A stretch of 63,886 bases of DNA, filler included, from Basidiobolus ranarum (GCA_040143965.1; 30 parts of 30 records of this genome joined end to end with filler, not necessarily neighbours in it), one strand, 5' to 3'; numbered from the whole stretch's first letter, positions 36,327 through 49,003 are shown. The notes: generated from the sequence alone by a model not told the origin. Program-made: numbers and translations.

Positions 36327-37552
36327 CTCATTGCTTCTTTGATTATTGCGTTGATGAATGGCAGTTCCTTGGCCTGCTGCTCAAACGTAGGATATACTCT
36401 AGGATCATCTCCAAGTATAGAGCGTGCTTCTTCCCGAGCCTTTTCCTGATATTTCGGATACAAAGCCAAGTAGCAAAGAATCGAAGAAAGAGAATTTGCT
36501 GTAGTGTCGTGACCTGCAATGAAAAAAACTAAAAGATTGGAACGTAATTCATCATCAGTTAAATGCTGGTCCTCATATGTGGCCTTGATCATCAATGTGA
36601 GCAGATCAGCTGATCGTTCGTTGAATGTATCATTAGCAAGTTTCTCTTGATACTCGCGTTTCTTATCCTCGAGAATTGAATACAGAAGAGTGTTGAATTC
36701 TTCCATGTGTGCTTTTAGCTTTTTGATTCTGAGTAAAGGAAGTTTGGCTAGAATAGGGAAAAATGAAAGAATAGGATCAAATATTCCCTTCATCAATGCA
36801 TTGTATAATTTAAGCCTTTGGCTGTCATGATTTTTCAACGCCTTAAAATCGTATTCAAATAGTCCTTGGCCCAACACGTCCAAAGTCATTCTTTGCATTA
36901 GATCATGAGCGTCTTGAGTCTGACCTATATGTTTGTCGATAGCATCAAACAAGTTATACACACTCTCAGCAAAGAGTTTTGTTGGCCAAGGTCGACGGAA
37001 AGCAGGATTGGTTACTTTACGATGGTTTTTCCATTCTTCACCGTTAGCACCCACCACATTTACACCAAAGAATTTGAACAAAAAGTGGTTCTTATTATTG
37101 TTAAATATCTGGAATTTTGGGAAGACCTCTTGAAGAATGAAAAATCGATGAATTTATGGAAATATCAATCCCAACTATGCTCGTATGCTTACCAGTTTGC
37201 GAGCAAATTTTCTTACAGTCTTCTGGATCTGAAAGAAATACTACCCACATTGCTCCAAAATAAACCTGCTCAAGTAATTAATGATCGATATTTTACACAA
37301 TGAGCTAACTGGCCAAGAGAGCGCCCTTACCTTTGCTATTTTGTGCTCCTCCAATATCGGTTGTAAATTATTCCGTAATGTGAGAGAAAATCCTTCTTTG
37401 GAGAATAGCCCTTTGAGTACAGTCATAACTGATAGACCAGGGACATCTTTCAAATATGATGGTGGCTGGACCCACTTGTAGATAAGATAAATGGGGACGA
37501 GTGCTATGGCAATGGTGGTAAGCAGCCCTGAAAATGCCAATGGGGTTGACAT
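36327..37552 (-). CDS. Cytochrome P450, 3'-truncated; exons 37552-37331, 37265-37193 and 37128-36327
   Basis: N-terminal anchor and Pro motif, WKNHRK (helix C), FFIAGHDTTA (I-helix) and KEAM (start of ExxR). Two GTAAG...AG introns keep the frame. Confidence 0.95.
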
Positions 37553-38106
37553 CAAATCCGGTACAACTATGGTAAGTAGTAAAAGGTTGGGTGTAAGTGA
37601 TATTGAGGAAGTTGACAAATTGAAGGTTAAAATTCAACCTTGTCTCTATTTATATGGTACATCGCTGATTTTATTTATACGCCATCAGTAGCTGATTTCA
37701 TTAAAGTAAGGCCAAGCAACGTCATGATCATGATACAGAGCCAATGTGATTGACCGAAGTTTTGCTAAGAATTTAGTATTTGAAACCAAGTTGTGTTTGT
37801 ATGATGGCTTCTACAATGTTGTTCGCAGTGATAAGGATCAAAATCAATTTCGAAACAACGCCCGAACTGCGGATTATGGGGCAGAAGGAATTGAATAATA
37901 TACAGAGTGGTATGTCTTCTCTTCTATTAGAAGTTCTTTATGTTAATACTCGGAATGGCAACTGCATTAATTGTTGGTAACTTTATTATATGGACATATA
38001 AGCCCAAATGTCAGACATACTCATGAGCATATTGTGGATAATGAGTGAAATAGTAATCCCACGTGATCCAGAGCAACGAAACCAGCAATCACAAAAGGTT
38101 ATCAAA

Positions 38107-38357
38107 CTAAGTCCAATGTTCAAAACGAAGCTTTGGTGTTTCTGAAGCTAATAGCTCACCGGAGCTGATTATCAAGGTTCCATTAGTATGGATTGAGTCT
38201 TCGGGCAGAGACCAACTATATCGGCTCAGCAACATTGGCATTGATGAATGGTAGTTCCTTGGCCTGCTGCTCAAACGTAGGATACACTCTAGGGTCATCT
38301 CCAAGTACAGAGTGTACTTCTTCCCAGGCCTTTTCCTGAGATTTAGGATACAAGGCC
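38107..38357 (-). pseudogene. Upstream tandem P450 paralog 3' end with an internal deletion
   Basis: ALYPKSQEKAWEEVHSVLGDDPRVYPTFEQQAKELPFINA is near-identical to 36350-36468. It joins out of frame near 38236 to the P450-like tail MLLSRYSWSLPEDSIH...; ExxR, PERF and the heme-Cys motif are missing. Confidence 0.8.
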
Positions 38358-38457
38358 NNNNNNNNNNNNNNNNNNNNNNNNNNNNNNNNNNNNNNNNNNN
38401 NTTAATTAATTAANNNNNNNNNNNNNNNNNNNNNNNNNNNNNNNNNNNNNNNNNNNN

Positions 38458-38823
38458 TTCACCTAAGATACAGCCAATGAGCCAGACTTCTAGTCTCATA
38501 TATTCTCTCAAGTGTTTCCCAAGCATTTTGGTTGTTTTTGGCTGATTCAATGTGCCTTAATTGAGAATCTCTGAGATGTAGACAAAGTGTAGAGAGTGCT
38601 TTCCACTGCTTCTTGTAAAAGGCAAGGATAGCTTCTTGTGGTCCCTTTGGCTCTATTTCTTCTCCTGTTACAAATCCCCAGAGGTCCTTGTCTTCTAGTA
38701 CCATTTGCATTTTGAACTTCCAAAGGTGAAAGTCTTCACCATCAAAACTTCTCTGTGGATGCATACCCATTGGTAATAGTACTGGTAGACATTCCTTTAA
38801 CAGCTAGCTTGGGGCTCATAAAC
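38458..38823 (-). pseudogene. Copia family C gag 5' part with PBS (GTTTATGAGCCCC)
   Basis: FDGEDFHLWKFKMQMVLEDKDLWGFVTG; the PBS lies at 38811-38823. Confidence 0.9.
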
Positions 38824-39174
38824 TGATAAAAGTGTTTAGGGGATTTTGAAGTGCTTTGGACAAGATTTGGATTTGTGAATTAGACACTTAAGTTTTATTG
38901 AATTAAATATGTCCTATTAATAGTATGTTATGAAATAGGACTATTGCATATGCATAGATCATAACAAACATGCCTGTTAAGCATGGGTGAAAATTTGAGA
39001 TGATTTGGAGAAGTCTTGAGAATATAATGAAAATTGGTAAAAGCAATTTAATTGATATTTCTATAAATTAAACAATAAACACACATTTTTGAATGACAGA
39101 ATTGAGTGCTAAATAATAAGAGTATGAATAAACTAACTACTTAATAATGAGTTGCTATTCACCTAATTTCAACA
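38824..39174 (-). repeat. Copia family C 5' LTR (351 bp)
   Basis: The minus strand reads TGTTGAAATTAGG...TTTTATCA. Confidence 0.9.
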
Positions 39175-39189
39175 AATAATAGAATGGCA

Positions 39190-39563
39190 GGCTTTGATGA
39201 AGATATAGATACAAACTTGTGCTGGATATGATCTAAACCTTGGGTATGAAGAATTCTACAAAAATCCTCAGGAGAATATATCAAAAAAACTAGGGACTTG
39301 AAAGATGTCAAATTAGGGTTCAAGTGGTAAATGTGTAAAATTTGAGTTACATTTTTTGCACATGTGTTGATCCATAGTTCTCTGAGATTATAGCCATTCA
39401 TTTGCAACTATTTTGTGAGATCTTGAAATTTCACTCCTGAAACTGAAAAAAATTGATCAACATCAAATCTAAACAACAGTTGTATGGTAAGTAAACAGTC
39501 AATCCCAAATGAATGAAAATTGTGATGGTTTTCCTATGATAATAATCCTGAAATTTCTGTTAT
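39190..39563 (+). mobile_element. ORF2 3' end plus diverged type L terminus
   Basis: Collinear with 25890-26269; ends AAATTTCTGTTATG. Confidence 0.72.
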
Positions 39564-39584
39564 GATATTTCATCCACCACTGAT

Positions 39585-40488
39585 TTTGTTAATACATTGT
39601 TAATCAGATTAGGATATGGTAGTACTGAGAATTTCACACAGAGCATTATTTCACAAGGGTGTGCTCCATTAGGAACTCCAAAAATTTATAGCAAGGGCCC
39701 ATAATCTCTAAACAGTGTGAGAGATGCAGCAGGAAATTTATTGGTAATGGGATTGATTCAGTATATCTTCTTTATAGCTGTAATAAAGTTCTTCATATCC
39801 AATTACAAAATCTTTGCACAGTCACTGTATCTGCCTGAGATCTGTCAATGTGAGCCAATGCCATAAGATATATTAACAATATTTGCAAACAACTCCCAAT
39901 GTTGCCAATACTTATCAGGCAGAAATCTTGTCAAGATTCTGCTTGAATATATACAAATCCAATACCTCCATTCTTTGCATTTAAATAAACACCTATATGA
40001 GTGGATAGTGATGGGAGTCCTGGTAAAAATCATGGTATCTTGGTGTTTTTGTGCATTTTCCCAACTGATTTAAAATTTGCTCCTATGGTGAATGGCCAAT
40101 TTGTATTGACCACTATTTAGCTGAGTAAATAGTAATGAAATGTTGTTGAATAGTTAGGGCATAGTGCCTAATGGGAAGCTCTGGCTCCAGCTGATCCCCT
40201 TTAGCACTATAATCTCAGACATATGGATAATAACAAATTTAATATTAGACTGACTATTAGGTGAACTGATATCAGTCATCATGTTGAAATCTGACCAGGC
40301 TCTTGATGGTAAAATTGTGGAGTTGAGTTTTGTATTTTGACAGTAGTAATGCATATACCTCTTGGAGTAGACTCCAATGATTTGACAAAATCTACAGCAA
40401 GATAGTGCATTGTGCCCACAAAAACCTCCAAGTTTACTGATGGCAGGAGTGTCACCAATACATACAATGATATTAGCTTTAATAAAAT
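39585..40488 (-). pseudogene. Degenerate CACTA Tnp2 C-terminal half
   Basis: RTPITIHSYRCLFKCKEWRYWICIYSSRILTRFLPDKYWQHWELF matches the Tnp2 R.P...K..EW...LP..Y..HW region. Confidence 0.83.
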
Positions 40489-41477
40489 NNNNNNNNNNNN
40501 NNNNNNNNNNNNNNNNNNNNNNNNNNNNNNNNTTAATTAATTAANNNNNNNNNNNNNNNNNNNNNNNNNNNNNNNNNNNNNNNNNNNNATAAAAAGAAAG
40601 CAGGGGGTTTGGGGGATGCAATCCACCATGTACACCCTTCAGTTACAATATACTCAAGTCACTAGCATATGGGAAGAATTGGGCTTGCCCAAATTTTCCA
40701 AAGGTCAGATCTCTGACCTTTGACACATCTGAGGAAGAGACACTGTTTCCAACATTATAACACAGCCTATTCTAGCTTTCATAATTTTTCAGAATTTAGA
40801 GAAACTTCTCAGATATTCAATATTTTTTTAATTTTTATAAATTTGCAAGTCTCTGGGAAACCAAAGTTCAGATGTTTTCCTTCAGACTCTGAAAGCTTCT
40901 AAGTATTTTAATTTTACCATAAGTTGACTGGCTACTTTTTAGCGTAATAATTCACAAATTACTTATTGAGAATATCCTTTATATACTATTGAGAGTAATG
41001 AGGAAACTTGATTAAAATTATGAATTAGTGATATTTTTAAGAACTTTGTGAGGATTACATAATTAAATCAAGAAGAAAGTGAATATTGGATATATCATAA
41101 TTATATTACAAATGTGGAAATATTGAAAGTGTTGATTAAAGCTTTCTACTCATGGTTTACAAATATTGACATATCATTAGCACTAGGATCCATCTAGGGT
41201 TATTTATATACAAAACAACAAAATAGTATTTAAAATAAACTTTTGGGCTGTGTAACCTGCACTGCACAAAGCTGCTGCAAATTTAAAAAGTTATATAAAA
41301 TGCAATGTATTTATAACTAAGATATTCCAAATAATATAAATAAAAGCAATATGCATAACAGAACCCTCTATAATTTCAAAAACATACTAACTTTTGAGCT
41401 GTGTAATACTGGAAAAGTGCCTTTATGCATTGCCCCTGATTTTATAGGGGCTATGTTGGTGGTAGACTGTCAATGTG

Positions 41478-42435
41478 CACTACAAATGTGAGCCTCTTTT
41501 TAAAAACTTGTCTACTTCTGAAATGCATATAACTGTTACCTCATCATTATATTCTATCTCTGACTTTACAGGAGTCACCAAGACCACTCATCCCTTAACA
41601 CACACTACAAATGTAAGCCTCTGTTTAAAAACATATTTACTTTTGGCATGCATATAACTGATACCACGTCATTATTTTTCCCCTATGATTTTATAGAAGT
41701 TACAAAGACCCCTCATCCCTCAATGCACACTACAAATATGAGTCTCTTTTTAAAAACATATTTACTTTTGGCATGTGTATAACTGATACTATGTCAATAA
41801 TTTTTACCTTTGACTTTATAGGAGTTACAAAGACTACTCATCCCTCAACACACACTACAAATGTGAGCCTCTTTTTAAAAACATATCAACTTTTGGCATG
41901 CATATAACTGATACCATGTCATTATTTTTTACTTTTGACTTTATTGGAGTTACAAAGACCACTCATCCCTCAACATGCACTACAAGCATTAGCCTCTTTT
42001 TAAAAATTTCTTGACTTTTTGTGTGTGTATAACTTAGACCATGTCATGATTTTTTTTACTTTTGAATTTAAAAGAGTTACAAAGACTTCTCATCCCTTGA
42101 CATGTACTACAATCATGAGTCTCTTTTTAAAAACATACTAACTTTTGGCATGCATATAACACATACCCTGTAATGATATTTCACTTTTGACTTTATTGGG
42201 GTTACAAGATTATACATCTCTCAACGCGCACTACAAATGTGAGCAACTTTTTTATAAAAACCTGTTTACTTTTAGCATTTTTATAACAGATACTATGTCT
42301 TTATATTCTATTTCTGATTATGTAGGAGTTAAGAAGATCATAAATCATTAAACGCGCACTACAAATGTGATCAACTTTTTAAAAACTCTATTTTTTCGGC
42401 ATGCGTAATACAATGACCATGTCGTAATTTTGCTC
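41478..42435. repeat. Tandem array of about 7.6 copies of a ~125-bp unit
   Basis: Unit starts (CACTACAA or a variant) at 41478, 41603, 41728, 41853, 41978, 42105, 42229 and 42357. Confidence 0.95.
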
Positions 42436-42718
42436 TTCATGTGATGTTCTCAAACCTGAAAATATTTGAAGTTACTGAATTTCCATATCCACTATAATAG
42501 GGTGGCGCAAGTGACTACTAATGATTAACATGGTGATTACAGACAAGCCACTGCACATTACAATTACTCCAGAGAAATACAATGGCTATACTTTATGATA
42601 ACAGCTGACATGTCAACANNNNNNNNNNNNNNNNNNNNNNNNNNNNNNNNNNNNNNNNNNNNTTAATTAATTAANNNNNNNNNNNNNNNNNNNNNNNNNN
42701 NNNNNNNNNNNNNNNNNN

Positions 42719-42893
42719 GGGGCTTCTAGCACAAGTTTGAAAAATCTATATATCTGAGAACTTCTAAGTTGGTAAAAATATTCTAAGTAAATTCCGATTG
42801 AGAATAATTGATAGTATCTTAGTGAGTTACAAGATAACTAAGTACTAAGCTATATATGACTATATAGGTGTTTAGGCAATGCTAATTTCAACA
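42719..42893 (-). repeat. Copia family B LTR, partial
   Basis: Ends GCTAATTTCAACA, the reverse complement of the LTR start. Confidence 0.88.
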
Positions 42894-43505
42894 TTAACTA
42901 CCTTATATGCAATATATGAAATAGTTAGGTGTATAAAGATAGAGATAACAAATATCATAAAGACAATAAACTTCAACATATGCACCTTTACTGTATAATA
43001 GTAGTTTATATAATGCACATGATATTAGGACTAGATGGCAGTACTTTAAGCTGATATATTCCATAAACTGAGGGCATTGGACTGAGGTACTTCTCTTGAC
43101 ATTTTGGATACTATTTGTGAGAATTAAGTTGTCATTACCTATGAACCAACTATTGATTGGAAAGAGGACTTCTACAGTACCTTTGGGATAATGAATGACT
43201 ACACATTTAATTGATAGATGACAACTCCACAATGAGAACCAGCAAGATATAATTCCACCTTCAAATTTTTGACAGTCTTAACTGTTTGAAATGGGATAAG
43301 GTGTTGAAGCTCCAACCAACACCCTGCATGAATCTCAGTAGGCCTATTTATATTGCAATTAGTAGCACAATGATTGGGAAGTGGTGCTGAAAGACTTAGG
43401 TCAAAGAATGCCAACAAAATGAGAATAGAAAACATTATGAGGATTTGTCTTGAAACTCTTTTGCAGAACACTATTGGGAAATGATTGGTTACAGAATGAT
43501 GGTAT

Positions 43506-43800
43506 TAATGAAATCAGCAATGTTTAGACACCTAGATATTCATATAAGTTTTGTTATTTAGTTATTGTATATTTCACTAAGATATTACCCATTATTCTTA
43601 TTTAGAATTTACTTAGAATATCTTTACCAACTTAGAAGCTCTCAGATACATAGATTTTTCAAACTCATACTAGAGGCCCCAAACTTTGCACACATGTTTC
43701 TGGGACCTCCCATGACACACTCTACAGGTTAGTTAGCTTACACTTTGACAAATATTTAAATACCGCCTTTGTCTACTGAGTAAATCAATAAGTGAATACC
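43506..43800 (+). repeat. Diverged family B-like LTR, 3'-truncated
   Basis: TTCACTAAGATATTACCC...CAAACTTTGCACACATG...AATCAATAAGTGAA matches 29957-30250. Confidence 0.78.
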
Positions 43801-44088
43801 TGTTGAGCCCCAACATACAGAGTTGTTTAACTTATACCATCCCTGTACAACTTGCATCAATATCTGCTTAGTTTATCAGCATTGTTAAATAGTCACCTGA
43901 ACTTATCCAATGACTCTATAATGTAACTGATCACATGACTAACTATTGATTCTCTTATCTCTTCTGTCAGATAATATGACCAATTACATGATGATCATCT
44001 AAGTTATCTGCCCAGACACAAGTCAATATTAGTGACATGAATCATAACCCATGATCTTTGACTGCTAAGATCCCAGCTGATGCATGAC

Positions 44089-44404
44089 TGTTGGATAGTT
44101 AATCTTTATTCAACATCATAGTTAACTTTAGTTGTGATACATATATCTGAAACAGAAAGCAATATATCTATAGCCCCTGTATTCTAAATAGGAATATCTC
44201 TATATCTATATAACAAGTATGTCTTATTACCCCCACTTATCTATTATATCTTATTACACAAACTCCTGTATATCTCAAGCAATTGATTTACTTTTCTACT
44301 ATATAAGTACCATATACTCTTGAGAATAAACTAACTAAAACACACTATCATAAGTTGCTTCTAATACTCAAAGTCTACCCCCATTATGTCAAGATCCTCC
44401 AACA
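44089..44404 (+). repeat. Copia family A 5' LTR (316 bp)
   Basis: TGTTGGA...TCCAACA followed directly by TGGTAGCAGC. Confidence 0.93.
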
Positions 44405-44747
44405 TGGTAGCAGCAAGTGAATTAGAGTCTTCTTCCCAAAAGGAGATTACTAATATTCCAACATTCAATGGGGAAGATTTCCATGAATGGAAATTCAAGA
44501 TGCAACTTGTGCTTGAAGGGAAACATGTCTGGGAAGTAGTTCAACCAGATGAAGAAGAAGAAACTTCTGAAGAAGAAAGTACAGATTCTGACACTGAAAC
44601 AAAGAAGCCAACACATAAAGAAGCCAGGGCAGCCTTCAAAGAAAAAGACAGATTGGCATTTAGGGAAATATGTCTAAGACTGGGATCACAACAACTTATG
44701 CTAGTCAGAGATGCTGACTCTGCCAAGAATGCATGGGAAATCCTAGT
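44386..44747 (+). CDS. Copia family A gag N-terminus, open frame starting inside the LTR and crossing the PBS (44405-44414)
   Basis: MSRSSNMVAAS...IPTFNGEDFHEWKFKMQLVLEGKHVWEVV, open to the contig end. Confidence 0.85.
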
Positions 44748-44847
44748 NNNNNNNNNNNNNNNNNNNNNNNNNNNNNNNNNNNNNNNNNNNNTTAATTAAT
44801 TAANNNNNNNNNNNNNNNNNNNNNNNNNNNNNNNNNNNNNNNNNNNN

Positions 44848-46320
44848 TGTGATGGATCCAAGGCCTACAGACTGTTTGATGCCAAAAATCAGAAGTTAAT
44901 TAAGTGCAGAGATGTGATTTTTGATCAAAAAATAAATTTCTCACCTCAAATCACAGTTTTTGATCCAGAAAACACAATCAGCACCATTCATGAAGTGTCT
45001 GACAAAATTCCAGCTGTATCTGACACCTATTCAACCAAAATATCAGTCCCAATGACATCAAAGCATGATTCAGGACCCACAAGATCATCCAGAAGGAGAA
45101 AAAAGCCAGGAAACTGGTGGAACACTGCCAATGATGATGTATAAGCTTATGCAGCATTCTGTGAAGAGCCACAGACTCTAGATCAAGCTTTAGAGTGTCC
45201 AGAATCAAAAATATGGGAAAAAGCAATGTCAGATGAGTTTTCTTCACTTCAGGACAATCAAATGTGGGTTTAAGTTCTCTTCCATCAAAAAGAAAGCCAA
45301 TAGGTTGCAAATGGGTCTACAAAGTCAAAAACCAAGCTGATAGAAACATAGGAAGGTACAAAGCAAGATCAGTTGCAAAAGGCTGTTAATGCAAAAGCAG
45401 AAATACATATTTCTGGGTTACTGTGATGAATCTAAGGCCTATCAACTGTTTGATACCACATATTAGAAGTTAATTAAGTGCAGAGTTGTGATTTTTAACA
45501 AAGGAGCAAATTTTCAACTTAAATCATAGTTCTTGATCCAGAAAACACAGTCAGCACCATTCAAGAAGTGTCTGACAAAATTCCAGCTGTATCCAAGCCT
45601 TATTCAACCTAAATTCCAGTCCCTATTACATCAGAATATGATTCAGGACCCAGAAGATAATCCAGTAGGAGAAATAAGCCAGGAGACCAGTGGAACACTT
45701 CCAATGATTGTGTTTATGCTTATTCAGCATTCTGTGACAAGCCACAGACTCTAGATCAAGTTCTGTAGTGCCCAAACTCCTAATCATGGGAAAAAGCAAT
45801 GTGTGATGAGTTTTCTTCACTTAAGAACAACAAGAAGTGGGTTTTAAGTCCCCTATCATCAGGGAGAAAGCCAATAAGTTGCAAATAAGTCTACAAAGTC
45901 AAATACCAAGCTGCTAGAACCATTGAAAGGCACAAAGCAAGATTGGCTGCAAAATGCTATTCCCAGACTCCAGGAGTTGATTTTAATGAAACTTTGGCTC
46001 CAGTAGCTAAGTTTAGCTCCATTGGATCAATCCTGGCACTCTCAGCCCTCCATAACCTTGATCTACATCAAATGGATGTAAAAACAGCCTTTCTGAATGG
46101 AAATCTTGAAGAAGAGATCTATATGTAGCAACCAGATGGATTTGTTGACCCAAAACATCCTGATATGGTCTGTAAACTGCATAAATTGCTGTATGGACTC
46201 AAGCAAGCACCCAGGGCATGGTACAACAAGATAGATACCTATTTAGAATCTCTGGGATTCCAAAAATGCACAGCAGATCACACTATTTACATCAAAACCA
46301 CCGGAAACACTTTAATATAT
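44848..46320 (+). pseudogene. Copia integrase C-terminus, linker and RT, with a tandem duplication
   Basis: 44848-45385 is repeated at 45422-45958. Also QMDVKTAFLNGNLEEEIYM and LYGLKQAPRAWY. Confidence 0.92.
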
Positions 46321-46369
46321 ACAATGGTTAGAACACAAATCCCCTAAAGACTTTTATCAATATTTAGTA

Positions 46370-46875
46370 AAAGTACTTTTAGACATTATTGCACATTCAA
46401 AAGGTGATGAAAGCTTTAACCATGGTGTCTTAAATCTAAAGCTCTCAATGTATATCTTTGATTATGAACGTATTGAGAATCAATCAAGATTTTCACTACT
46501 TTGCCTAACTTTGATTGAGGCCCACAAAATGATTTTTCTCCATAACTTCCTTATACAATGTGCTATCTCTTTAGGAAGCCAAAGCTATGTTCTACTCTTT
46601 CTCTAAAATGGGAAAAATGTAATTATAAAGCTTTTGCCTCTCTGTGAGTATCCCCATCTGGGCCTCTTGTTAGCTGTGACACATCCTAGCCTTCAGCATT
46701 CTTCCCCAGCATATGCCAAATCAGCCATAGTCTTCCCACTTCTTATAAATGGTGCATGCCTCTAAACCCAAAGCCTTTTGTCATGGTGTCTCCCTGGATG
46801 TGGCCCACTAAACTAAATGATGTTTCCTTCCAAATCTGTCAAAGCCTGGAACTTTACACAGTGGGCTTTGTACTT
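46370..46875 (-). pseudogene. ISL2EU-like transposase fragment
   Basis: Collinear with 18475-18970 but more degenerate. Confidence 0.85.
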
Positions 46876-48763
46876 NNNNNNNNNNNNNNNNNNNNNNNNN
46901 NNNNNNNNNNNNNNNNNNNTTAATTAATTAANNNNNNNNNNNNNNNNNNNNNNNNNNNNNNNNNNNNNNNNNNNNTGGTGATTTCCTGATAATACAGGTA
47001 TTCTATCTACAGATCCCACTAGTGGATAAACACCGTAGTCTTACTATAGAATCTTGTGAGGTTTCGCGGGTGACGTGAGTGTGAGAAATTGAGATGCATC
47101 TTTAGCCACCTATCTATTCTGTAATAGATTTGTGAAAATTGGCATCTTCATAACTGATCATTCTTTACAATACCACAGACTTGAGCTCTGTAGCAGGTGA
47201 TTGATAATATGGAGAACACCATCTTCATGTATAGATAATGCAGTCACTGGAATTGCAATTCTTGAAAGTCAATAACCCATATCCTCCTGTTAGAATCCAG
47301 GGCAAGTATGACATCTATTCTCAAGTAACAGTTTTAATTGTGCAATATGGATCACCAACAATGCATGATAAAACTAAATATCTTTTGAAGGCTTTGATTG
47401 TATGGTATACCCTTTTCTTAGTCTGTCATTGGAAAATGTATAATAAACGGTGACTAATGGGTTCAAAGTTGATTCTGAGGATAAGCATTTCAATGCAAGG
47501 ACATGCGAAAACTCACCAAAAATAAGTTGCTTAAAAAACACTCATATTGTAATAGCTAACTCTCGATTGGAGAGATTATGGGATACACTATGCATATCAA
47601 TTATCTAGACGTAAGCCTTTTCGGCGGTTCAGCTTACTAGGCGTTTGGTAGAGCACAATGATTGAGTTGAAAGAATGAAGTACCAATGTGATGTGTATAT
47701 ATTGTAATATTTAATATACAAAATGTCACGCATTGCAAGAGGTTTTTAATATAATGGTGTTACCTACCTTCATTGAATAATTGCTCACATCAATCGAATC
47801 ATCTGGGACGGTAACAATTCATCTCGACTAATTGCGATGCGTGTTGGGGTATTGTGCTATTAATACCCGGTCGCATGCAGCTGGCTAAATGTGTAAGAGC
47901 TGTATTTCACCAATATGGCTTTCAAAATGTTTGTCGTCCTACATATTCTCAAAACAAACTAGGGCTCTATGAGTTCACAATCACAAAATGGAGATATATT
48001 CGTTTTGCTGTACCATTTCAATGGTTCGTTTGGTGAACTTTGACGATACACAGTATTTTGAACATCAAAGCAACCCACCATCTTAAGTCGGCTTGATTAC
48101 TTTCTATACTATCACAAGATACTTCAACTTGCATGATGTTACTAAACCGACAATTTCAGATGGATTATCTCGATTGTTCAAAATCCCGAAAATGGTAAGT
48201 GATATTTTCGACCCTCTCGTCTTCCTCTTCATGATGATGGTTTTGATGGGCACTTGCTCATCACTAACTGCGCTTTTACTCACCTGAAAGATATTGATGA
48301 GGTCTTTGATGTTGGCTTTCGTATGCCCCTGAGGGCCCAATATGGATGGTTTAGGTTAATGTTGGGCTATATTGGGACATAGGTTGATACCATTATCACG
48401 GCCCTCGAATCTTTAGTTGCATACAGAGTGTCATCCACATAATCAATTTCTACGAACACTAATGGATATTCTTTGACTCAGCTTTTCCTTACCAGTCGGA
48501 AAGGATTCTGATACAAACAACCGTTTTTAATCATTAACGACCGGTTGTTAAGTCATACAGCGGCATGCCCAAACAGCCTGAGGCTTCCTCACCATTAATA
48601 TTCCAAGTTAATCATTGATGATTTTGGCACATATAAATGACCGACTGATCCCAACTTCATCACCACTTTCCCCAAACGTTCAGCTCTTTCTGCTTTAAAC
48701 AAATCCCCAACTAATTAGCTTTCTTCATTAAACTGCTCCATTCCTTGCGCAATTCTTGAGGCG

Positions 48764-49003
48764 ATGCTTTTGCTGGATCATAATCCCGAAAAATGTGAAG
48801 GATGCGCTGGCATCATGATCCACGGTAGATGTGAATGTGGTGTTCGCAATCGTATGCTTATTCTTAGCCAAATGTCCCAAAGACTAATAGATGCTGTCCA
48901 AGGGTTTTCTCTTATCGAAAACAGTCAAGATCCTTTTGCTTTTCTTACTTCTATCAGCTGGAGGTGTCAGGTGATGGAGCAACATCTCAACCAACATCCA
49001 TAT
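48764..49003 (+). CDS. Possible 5' end of an unknown host gene (CxxC...CxC N-terminus)
   Basis: An ATG follows TATAAA (~48632) and a pyrimidine-rich leader, the frame is open to the contig end, and CpG content is normal. No family recognised. Confidence 0.35.

Noticed and set aside
41478..42435. CRISPR-like array, or plant-type CACTA termini (CACTACAA)
   Set aside because: Units are homologous over their whole length with no unique spacers and no cas genes. CACTACAA is internal and tandem, not at an element boundary.
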